Shown: positions 25,301 to 32,000 of the stretch, piece after piece
How positions within the stretch are numbered: the first letter of the stretch is position 1
Layout: every line of letters starts with the position of its first letter
NCBI RefSeq assembly: GCF_000446015.1
Contig: NC_022093.1
Coordinates: 1,260,001-1,292,000, forward strand
Source of the DNA: Thermofilum adornatum
GTDB taxonomy: Archaea > Thermoproteota > Thermoprotei > Thermofilales > Thermofilaceae
DNA length: 32,000 bases
Direction: 5' to 3'
Made by a program: the position numbers and the translations under genes
The notes under the pieces: model-generated
Databases searched by the model: none
What the model was told of the DNA's origin: nothing
Seen by the model: only the letters and a program-made list of their open reading frames with translations

Positions 25301-26722
25301 TTAAGGATAAGGTTGCATTAGTGGTATCTGCAAGTATATTAGGGTCGTACTCAAAGATATTGTTAACAACGCTACAGGAAAACCATATTTAACCCACTCT
25401 AGGAAACTCACAGATTTCTTATATCTTTTTTCAAGTATTCCGATTGCTATAATATTGGCGGTGCTCCCTATGGGAGTCAGGGTACCAGCTCGATCCGTGC
25501 AAATCACCGCCAGCCACCAAAAAGGCGCAGGATTTATCCCAGAAGCCTCCAAGCCGTGAACAACTTGGGCCAAGACAGAGGCTGCTACAACATTGTCCAT
25601 GAAGGCGGTCATAGGCACAGATGTAACTACAAAGACTACAATTAATGCCTCTAAGCCTAGATAAGCATAAGAGGCGATAGTTTTCGAGACCAAATCTATT
25701 AAACCAACTTTGCTCAAAGCACCAACGGCTGAGAACAATAATAGGAAAAACACTAGCGTAGGCCATTCTACCTTGTGCTCAAACGCGTGGAAACCTTTCT
25801 GCGGATCAAAAATCAGTATCATTGCTGCTAAGAGGAACGGGATTCCTAAAAGAAGTGTGTTTTTTTCCAGACCCATAACTTCTTCAAGGGTATGATGCAA
25901 CGCAAGCATGACTAGTGTGGTCAGGAGAATTACTATATCTTTGAAAAGTATTTTTCTTGGAAGATCGATTCGCCCTAATCCTTCTTTGGTGAGAATTTTC
26001 TCTCTTAATTTGGTATTTGCCTCTTCGATGTAGGCTTTGTACTTTCTCGAAAGGAAAACATAAGTCACTAGGAGGGAAAGAAGAGAAAGAGGTGCAGACC
26101 ACCTCAAAAAGTCCATGAAGGTGTAGCCAGACTCAAAAGCAATAAGGACTCCGATAGGGTTCCCCAAAGGAGTCATTGTTCCACCAATCACTATAGCAAA
26201 TACGGAAGAAAGTATTAGTGGAAACGGGTCTATCCCAAGCCTGTCGGATAATGAAAAAGCTATCGAAGACATTATAAGGATAGCTGTCACTTCGTCGACA
26301 AGTGGGGCCAAGAACCCCGACAGAAAGAATAGCACCATAAAAACAATTTTGAAGCTGATCCCTACCCGCCTTATAATTTCATTCGAGACAAATTCAAAGA
26401 ACTTGTCTTCCTCCAGGTATCCTATAACAGTCATCATGGCTATCAGAAACATTATTACATCTAGGTGAGAATGTTCAACGAAATATTCCGTGTCTAAGAG
26501 GCCTAAAAAGAATAGAAGAAAAATGCCGAGGAATGCGAACGGCAACCTTTGGCTCCAGAGCAACAATGTTGCATAGATCATTACAAGGAAAACTGTTAGT
26601 GCTAGGGATTGTTGAAGGTTCAGGCCTATCAGGTTGCTTATGAGAGCTGTAACTATTCCAAGAAGTATAACGACTGATGCCTTGCCATACGTTGTGGCGG
26701 CAAAACGACTGCCACTTGGCAT
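25301..26722 (-). CDS. ion transporter of the ArsB/NhaD (CitMHS-like) permease superfamily
   Basis: 473 aa, about 12 TM helices with a central hydrophilic loop. 'GGTMTPLGNPIGVLIA' and 'GTLTPIGSTANIIA' hairpin-like repeats are typical of the IT superfamily. Confidence 0.7.
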   Translation of the reverse strand: MPSGSRFAATTYGKASVVILLGIVTALISNLIGLNLQQSLALTVFLVMIYATLLLWSQRLPFAFLGIFLLFFLGLLDTEYFVEHSHLDVIMFLIAMMTVIGYLEEDKFFEFVSNEIIRRVGISFKIVFMVLFFLSGFLAPLVDEVTAILIMSSIAFSLSDRLGIDPFPLILSSVFAIVIGGTMTPLGNPIGVLIAFESGYTFMDFLRWSAPLSLLSLLVTYVFLSRKYKAYIEEANTKLREKILTKEGLGRIDLPRKILFKDIVILLTTLVMLALHHTLEEVMGLEKNTLLLGIPFLLAAMILIFDPQKGFHAFEHKVEWPTLVFFLLLFSAVGALSKVGLIDLVSKTIASYAYLGLEALIVVFVVTSVPMTAFMDNVVAASVLAQVVHGLEASGINPAPFWWLAVICTDRAGTLTPIGSTANIIAIGILEKRYKKSVSFLEWVKYGFPVALLTISLSTTLIYLQIPLMQPYP

Positions 26723-26747
26723 GATCTCCGGTCTGTAATGATAGAAA

Positions 26748-26757
26748 GATATATAAG
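26748..26757. promoter_or_regulatory. palindromic TATA element shared by divergent genes
   Basis: 'GATATATAAG' in a 67-nt divergent intergenic region, about 30 nt from ATG 26722 (minus) and about 37 nt from ATG 26790 (plus). Confidence 0.3.
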
Positions 26758-26789
26758 TGTTCCCCTAGAAAGACATCTAAGGGTACGCT

Positions 26790-27194
26790 ATGTCTAGCGA
26801 GACACAGACGTGGCTACAAGCTGCAACAACAATGGCGAGGCTCGGAGAAATCTCTGTAAGGATAGGCATACTTATAGGAATAGTCTACGGGATCTTCTGG
26901 GCACTAAAATTATTCACAGAATACCTACACGGCTTACCATTCTTCAGTAGACAATTCCTTGAATTATCTCTTTTCTCGATACTCTCTTTTGCGGGAGCCG
27001 CGCTATGCTCAGTCCTTAATGAGCACTATTCAAACGAAGGAAACTATAGAATGGCCGGACTTTTCGCGCTAATAACTGCTTCGATACTTCTTATCCCTGC
27101 ACCTGTCGCCGGCCTCCTCATGTTGCTTGGAGGTATAGCCCTCTACATAAGTGCCGAGATAAAAAATGTTCTTAAGATGCGTGTACAGTCATAA
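26790..27194 (+). CDS. small membrane protein, function unknown
   Basis: 134 aa, 3-4 hydrophobic helices, no recognisable motif. Confidence 0.5.
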   Translation: MSSETQTWLQAATTMARLGEISVRIGILIGIVYGIFWALKLFTEYLHGLPFFSRQFLELSLFSILSFAGAALCSVLNEHYSNEGNYRMAGLFALITASILLIPAPVAGLLMLLGGIALYISAEIKNVLKMRVQS

Positions 27195-27270
27195 TTCTGA
27201 TAACCCATTCTCTGTTCTTAGTCGAGAAATCCTTAAATAAGTTTAGTATACGTTACTCTATGACAATGTC

Positions 27271-27993
27271 ATGGAGAACACGGGACTTAGAATAGAAAAA
27301 TTAACAGTATCTGTAGCATCAAGAAAAGTCCTTAAAGATGTTTCCCTCGATGTATCCAAAGGAGAAGTAGTGGCACTCATTGGTCCAAACGGTAGCGGCA
27401 AAACGTCCCTGGCATTCACCGTGATGGGGCATCCAAACTACAAAGTTGAGAATGGGAGGATTCTTCTACACGGAGAGGACATAACGAGCCTAAAGCCGCA
27501 TGAAAGAGCCTATAAGGGTATTTTCCTTGTTTTCCAGTCTCCGCCCGATATAGGCGGTCTCCCTGTTGGAATGTTCCTGCAGGAAATGACTACAAAGAGA
27601 GGAATAGAGGCAAGCATCAATGATATAAACAATGCTCTGCTAGAGGTCGGGCTAAGTGACCACTACCTTTCCAGGAACCTATATGAAGGCTTCTCAGGAG
27701 GCGAAAAGAAACGCCTAGAGTTTGCTCAGGCCTTGCTTTTCAAGCCACAAATCCTCATACTGGACGAGCTTGATTCGGGCCTAGACATAGAGGGTGTCAG
27801 GCTTCTAACTGGCAAGACAAGGGAGCTTGCAGGCAGTGGAGTAGGGGTTCTCTACATTTCTCATAACATTGCGGCACTCAGGCTTCTCAGACCCAACAGG
27901 GTTGTAGTCATGATGAACGGCGGCGTTGTAGCCGTGGACGGGCTGGAGATTCTAGATGTTATTGAGGAGAAGGGATACCAGGGGTTGGTATGA
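27271..27993 (+). CDS. sufC: Fe-S cluster assembly ATPase SufC
   Basis: Walker A 'GPNGSGKTS' (27382-27405), 'MGHPNYKV', 'FSGGEKKR', 'ILDELDSGLD'. Followed by sufB with an ATGA overlap. Confidence 0.95.
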   Translation: MENTGLRIEKLTVSVASRKVLKDVSLDVSKGEVVALIGPNGSGKTSLAFTVMGHPNYKVENGRILLHGEDITSLKPHERAYKGIFLVFQSPPDIGGLPVGMFLQEMTTKRGIEASINDINNALLEVGLSDHYLSRNLYEGFSGGEKKRLEFAQALLFKPQILILDELDSGLDIEGVRLLTGKTRELAGSGVGVLYISHNIAALRLLRPNRVVVMMNGGVVAVDGLEILDVIEEKGYQGLV

Positions 27994-29402
27994 GCAAGAC
28001 AGAGCTCCTCGAGTCTTTAACCCTTACAGACATAAGCCTAGACTCACTAAAGGTTAGGCCGAAGCTCTCTCTGAGGGGCAGGATCTCTAGAAGTCTGGTA
28101 GAAGAATTATCAAGAGCCAAAAAGGAGCCCCCATGGATGCTTAAGCTGAGGCTTCGAAGTCTCGAGCTATTCGAGAAACTTCCCACACCGAATTGGCTTG
28201 TCGGCGTAGAGGAGCTAGACCTAGAAGAGCTCACCCACTATATACAGCTCGGCTACGAGAGGGCTTCAAGCTGGGACGAGTTGCCGGAAGACATAAGGAA
28301 GGTTTACGAGAGGCTCGGGCTTCCAGAGATAGAGAAGAGGGCTCTGGCAGGACTATCGGCACAGCTCGAAAGCGAAAATATCTATCTGGCCTTCAAGAAG
28401 TTCCTCGAGGAACAAGGAGTAATCCTAATGGACATGAGTGAAGCCGTTGCAAAGTATCCAGACCTGGTACAAAAGTATTTTATGCGGGTTTTCCCACCCA
28501 GCGACCACAAGTTTGCAGCACTACACGGAGCCCTCTGGAGCGGAGGCGTATTCCTTTATGTGCCGCCAAATGTCAGGGTAGAGGCCCCAATAGAGGCATT
28601 CTTCTTCATAGCAAGCGAGCTAGAAAGCCAAATGGAGCATACAATAGTCGTTGCAGACGAGGGAAGCTTTGTCCACTTCATCGAGGGTTGTTCTGCCCCC
28701 CTGTTCAAGAGATACAGCTTCCATAACGGCATGGTCGAGATATACGCCCACAGGAACAGCCACGTCAAATTCACGACGGTACAAAACTGGAGCAAGAACC
28801 TAGTTAACTTCAACAACAAGAGGGCCCTCGTCGAAGAAGGTGCAGTCGTCGAGTGGGCTGAGGGGAGCATCGGGAGCAAGATAAGCTACGTCTATCCATC
28901 AGCCATCCTCAAGGGCAGAAACGCAAGAGTCTCAATAGCCAACATCACAGTTGCAAAGGGGCCCGTCTGGAAGGATGGTGGAGCAAAAGTCTACCACCTA
29001 GCCCCTAACACACAAAGCGAAGTCATAAGCAAAAGCATAAGCTCAAACGGAGGCGTCTCTGTCTATAGGGGTCTAATAAAGGTAGCCAGGGGGGCAAAAA
29101 ACTCTACTGCGAGCATCAAGTGCGACAGCCTAATAATGGACAAAGAGTCAAAAGCATTCACATACCCCAAGAACGAGGTCGAAGAAGAAGAGGCCTACGT
29201 CGTACACGAGGCAACCACCGGGAGGATAAGCGAAGACATACTCTACTACCTCGAGACCAGGGGCTTCAAGGAACAAGAAGCGAGGAGGCTAATAGTCCTG
29301 GGCTACGTCGGCGACATCCTCGGCAAGCTCCCATTCGAGTACCAGATGGTCTTCAGAAAAGTCCTAGAGCTAGAATTCGAGGAAATAGGTGGCTACGCAT
29401 GA
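27990..29402 (+). CDS. sufB: Fe-S cluster assembly scaffold protein SufB
   Basis: 470 aa. 'FIEGCSAP', 'TVQNWS', 'GAKVYHLAPNTQSEVISKSIS' and 'HEATTGRISEDILYYLETRG' are SufB-typical. Confidence 0.95.
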   Translation: MSKTELLESLTLTDISLDSLKVRPKLSLRGRISRSLVEELSRAKKEPPWMLKLRLRSLELFEKLPTPNWLVGVEELDLEELTHYIQLGYERASSWDELPEDIRKVYERLGLPEIEKRALAGLSAQLESENIYLAFKKFLEEQGVILMDMSEAVAKYPDLVQKYFMRVFPPSDHKFAALHGALWSGGVFLYVPPNVRVEAPIEAFFFIASELESQMEHTIVVADEGSFVHFIEGCSAPLFKRYSFHNGMVEIYAHRNSHVKFTTVQNWSKNLVNFNNKRALVEEGAVVEWAEGSIGSKISYVYPSAILKGRNARVSIANITVAKGPVWKDGGAKVYHLAPNTQSEVISKSISSNGGVSVYRGLIKVARGAKNSTASIKCDSLIMDKESKAFTYPKNEVEEEEAYVVHEATTGRISEDILYYLETRGFKEQEARRLIVLGYVGDILGKLPFEYQMVFRKVLELEFEEIGGYA

Positions 29403-30493
29403 ATCAGTCATACCTAACTCTTCCCTACCAGTACATAGCCGACTCGCCAACGACAAAGTCATATGCAAAGTGGCAAATCTTCGAAGAATACTTACAAAAC
29501 CCTAGGAGAGCCGCTAGGCTCGGTGTAAACGAGAAGCTCTTGTTCGTAAAACCCCACCTAAAAATACCCACAGACATGGCCCCACACAAGCAGGAAGCAG
29601 ATTGGCCCCTAAACATAGACACGAGGCTGCCAGCCTTCCACTTCCAGAACCTTTCAACGTCAACAACTATTGAAATTAGAGGAGAAGAAAAAGTCCTCCT
29701 AATAGAAAAACCACTGTCAGACACCTACTCCGCACACCTGAATATTTATCTCGAAGGAAAAGCCTCTGCAACACTGCTACTACTCTCCCCCGAGGACTCA
29801 GAAGGCCTCTCAACACTATCACTAAATATTCAAACGAGAAAAGAGGCAGAAGCAAAAATCTCGATAATAGTCATAGACTCGCCAAAATCTGCAACAGCAC
29901 TCTTCAAGGCTACAAGACTAGAACCCAATTCGACCCTAAAAGAGACACACATACTTGTCCCAGGAAGAACCCTCCACCTCGAATCAGAAACATTCCTCGA
30001 CCAAGAAAACGCCACGTACATCTCATCATATGCAGTGGCAACACCACAAAACAGGTCCGCAAGCATACAGACAAACGCCTACATAAAGGCACCACGCACA
30101 GCGGCAGAGATAAGGCTCGCAGGAATCTCACACAACGGCGAACTAGCACACAAGGGGACAATCCGTATACACAGAGGCTCGCAGGAAGCCAGAGGCAAGC
30201 TATCATCTAGACTCATACCCCTAACTCCCAATTCCAAAGTTTACGCGGCCCCTACACTAGAAATAGAGTCAGACGACGCCGCAGAAGCACAACACTCAGC
30301 ATCACAGAGCCCACTAGACCCCGCCAAGCTCTTCTACCTCCAGAGCAGGGCCCTTACAGAACTAGAAGCAAAAAGACTCCTCCTCATGGCCGAGCTCGAC
30401 AAAGTGCTCCCAGAGGATGCAAAAAGAGAACCAACAGTCCAAAAATATTTAGAACTACTTCTAGGAAGCCTAGAGATTAACATTCACAAATAA
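29399..30493 (+). CDS. sufD: Fe-S cluster assembly protein SufD
   Basis: ATG 29399 overlaps the sufB TGA (ATGA). The C-terminal 'HSASQSPLDPAKLFYLQSRALTELEAKRLL' is SufD-like. The track ORF extends upstream to 29120, inside sufB. Confidence 0.85.
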   Translation: MNQSYLTLPYQYIADSPTTKSYAKWQIFEEYLQNPRRAARLGVNEKLLFVKPHLKIPTDMAPHKQEADWPLNIDTRLPAFHFQNLSTSTTIEIRGEEKVLLIEKPLSDTYSAHLNIYLEGKASATLLLLSPEDSEGLSTLSLNIQTRKEAEAKISIIVIDSPKSATALFKATRLEPNSTLKETHILVPGRTLHLESETFLDQENATYISSYAVATPQNRSASIQTNAYIKAPRTAAEIRLAGISHNGELAHKGTIRIHRGSQEARGKLSSRLIPLTPNSKVYAAPTLEIESDDAAEAQHSASQSPLDPAKLFYLQSRALTELEAKRLLLMAELDKVLPEDAKREPTVQKYLELLLGSLEINIHK

Positions 30494-30563
30494 CAGTTTA
30501 TATTTTTAAATTTTTTTGGCTACCTTAATAAAGGGTTATATTTTAAAAATGTAAACGATAAAC

Positions 30564-31631
30564 ATGTCACAACAAAAAACAAGCCCAACGACCAAGACCC
30601 TCGTTCTCGCCATCATCGCACTAATAATCGGCGCCATAATCGGCTACGGATTTGCAGCAACAACAATGGTTCCGTATTCCAAGTACGCCGAGCTAGAAGA
30701 AAAACTAAAACAGGCGGGCGGAGGAGCCCCATCTGCGCCTGAATACACATTCTACTATGTCTCACACGGTGGACCCGCAGACCCATGGTGGGCCCCAGTC
30801 ATAAAAGGGTCCCAGGACGCAGCCAAACTCTTAAACGTTAAAGTTGTCTACTCTGGCCCCGAAAAATTCAGCGTACAGGCACTCGTAGACCTCCTAAACA
30901 GCGCTATTGCCGCTAGACCAAACGGGATAATATTAACCATCACAGATTACAACGCCCTAGACCAGCCTGCACGCTCAGCAATATCACAAGGCATACCCAT
31001 AATAGCTGTAAACGTCCCTGATCCAAGACCCGTTAACCAGAGGATACCCTACCTAAGCTACGTTGGACAAAACGAGTACGACGCAGGCTACTACTTGGCA
31101 AAATATTTAGTCGACAAGGGCTACAAGCCTAAACGCGTGGTTATAGGCATACACGAGGTTGGACACATAGGTCTAGAGACGAGAGCAAAAGGAATAACTG
31201 ATGCAATTACACAGGCATATCCAGGAACACCAGTTGAAAAGCTAGACATCACAACAGACCCGACCAAAGCTGCAGAGGCCTTCAAGAGCTATCTAACAGC
31301 ACACCCAGACACCGACGTAATTTTCACGCTGGGGCCGCTTGGCGCACACCCAGCCCTACAAGTTTTAAGGGAAATGAAGCTGACAGGAAAAGTACACCTC
31401 CTAACAGTAGACATTGACGACACAATTCTGAAGGCAATCGATGCCGGCGAGCTTGACGCTGCAGTCAGCCAACAGCCATACGCTCAGGGCTTCCTACCCG
31501 TAGTTTTCATGTATCTCTACGTCAAGTACGGCATCATCCCGCCTCCACAGGTTCCGACTGGTCCTACAGTCATTGACAAGGCTAGACTAGAAACTGTCAG
31601 GAAACAGATTGCTACCACTGGTGGAGCGTAA
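30564..31631 (+). CDS. sugar ABC transporter substrate-binding protein (ribose/xylose-type periplasmic-binding fold) with an N-terminal membrane anchor
   Basis: N-terminal TM 'LVLAIIALIIGAIIGYGF', then 'FYYVSHGGPADPWW', 'IPIIAVNVPD' and 'AAVSQQPYAQGF', typical of type I sugar-binding proteins. Confidence 0.85.
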   Translation: MSQQKTSPTTKTLVLAIIALIIGAIIGYGFAATTMVPYSKYAELEEKLKQAGGGAPSAPEYTFYYVSHGGPADPWWAPVIKGSQDAAKLLNVKVVYSGPEKFSVQALVDLLNSAIAARPNGIILTITDYNALDQPARSAISQGIPIIAVNVPDPRPVNQRIPYLSYVGQNEYDAGYYLAKYLVDKGYKPKRVVIGIHEVGHIGLETRAKGITDAITQAYPGTPVEKLDITTDPTKAAEAFKSYLTAHPDTDVIFTLGPLGAHPALQVLREMKLTGKVHLLTVDIDDTILKAIDAGELDAAVSQQPYAQGFLPVVFMYLYVKYGIIPPPQVPTGPTVIDKARLETVRKQIATTGGA

Positions 31632-31670
31632 AACTCATCAAAAAATAATATTTTTTTCTAGGTGTAAACC

Positions 31671-32000
31671 ATGAGTATTGGTAAAAATGTTAAACCCCAC
31701 GGATTCATTGCTAGACATCCAGAAATAGGTGTCCTTGCCAGCTTTTTCTCAATAGCACTGATCTTTATAGTGAGGGTTCCAGACAAGTTCCTCACAGTTC
31801 CCACCCTTTACAGCATACTCACGCTTGCAGGAGAACTTGGAGTGGCAAGCATAGGTGTAGCTTTTCTGATGATAACAGGTGAATTTAACCTATCTATTAG
31901 CTCGGTCTATGCATTGGTACCAATGGGTGTAGTCCTCATGGTAAACCTGTGGGGCGTAGACATGCTGGCCGCATCTATTATCATGCTTCTCGTCGCTTAC
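31671..32000 (+). CDS. sugar ABC transporter permease (RbsC/BPD_transp_2 type), N-terminal fragment running off the window
   Basis: Not in the ORF track because it has no stop. ATG 31671 opens 110 codons, 'MSIGKNVKPHGF...LAGELGVASIGVAFLMITGEFNLSISSVYAL', which matches the RbsC-type 'GEFDLSVGS' region. Confidence 0.8.
   Translation, partial: MSIGKNVKPHGFIARHPEIGVLASFFSIALIFIVRVPDKFLTVPTLYSILTLAGELGVASIGVAFLMITGEFNLSISSVYALVPMGVVLMVNLWGVDMLAASIIMLLVAY

Noticed and set aside
28193-29398. Arg-rich alternative-frame ORFs inside sufB (28193-28441, and the 93-aa N-terminal extension of the sufD ORF from 29120)
   Set aside because: These are by-products of purine-rich (GAR/AAG) sufB codons read out of frame. 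SufD begins naturally at ATG 29399, overlapping the sufB stop (ATGA).

Overview
This is a gene-dense window (about 90% coding, roughly 46-50% GC by eye) that reads like the chromosome of a hyperthermophilic crenarchaeon, possibly Desulfurococcales-like. That organism guess rests only on gene content and promoter architecture. I ran no database searches; every call comes from reading the supplied translations and the DNA.

Most genes are housekeeping or transport:
- a GDPD fragment, an NAD-dependent epimerase and a thioredoxin-fold protein
- an ABC-2 exporter pair
- a MarC-family membrane protein
- NfnAB/SudBA-type ferredoxin:NADP oxidoreductase
- a Wzx/MOP flippase, a DUF763-like protein and a small EamA protein
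- a SAM methyltransferase plus AlaX editing protein operon
- a PIG-L/LmbE deacetylase
- an APC permease
- a TrkA-type RCK protein translationally coupled to an MscS channel
- a saccharopine-dehydrogenase-like protein and an ArsB/NhaD-type permease
- sufCBD
- the start of a sugar ABC importer

I found no rRNA, tRNA, CRISPR array, transposase, integrase or obvious defence island.

Transcription units look archaeal. AT-rich TATA-like boxes are centred about 24-30 nt upstream of many start codons, which implies leaderless mRNAs. Internal operon genes are joined by ATGA or TAATG overlaps. Every convergent gene pair abuts or overlaps.

The items most worth a second look:
1. An orphan, divergent MCM/Mg-chelatase-clade AAA+ protein without an MCM N-terminal domain (7317-9086).
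2. A small GTPase fused to a winged-helix domain, next to an uncharacterised protein (22552-24021).
3. A membrane-tethered C2H2 zinc-ribbon protein (18645-19535).
4. An RCK-MscS coupled pair (21067-22460).
5. A MarC gene coupled to a tandem-HTH-like protein (5684-7268).
6. A decayed transglutaminase-like gene whose 3' remnant also fits a C/D-box sRNA layout (283-1270).

None of these is demonstrably a new system from sequence alone. This may simply be an ordinary core-genome region.
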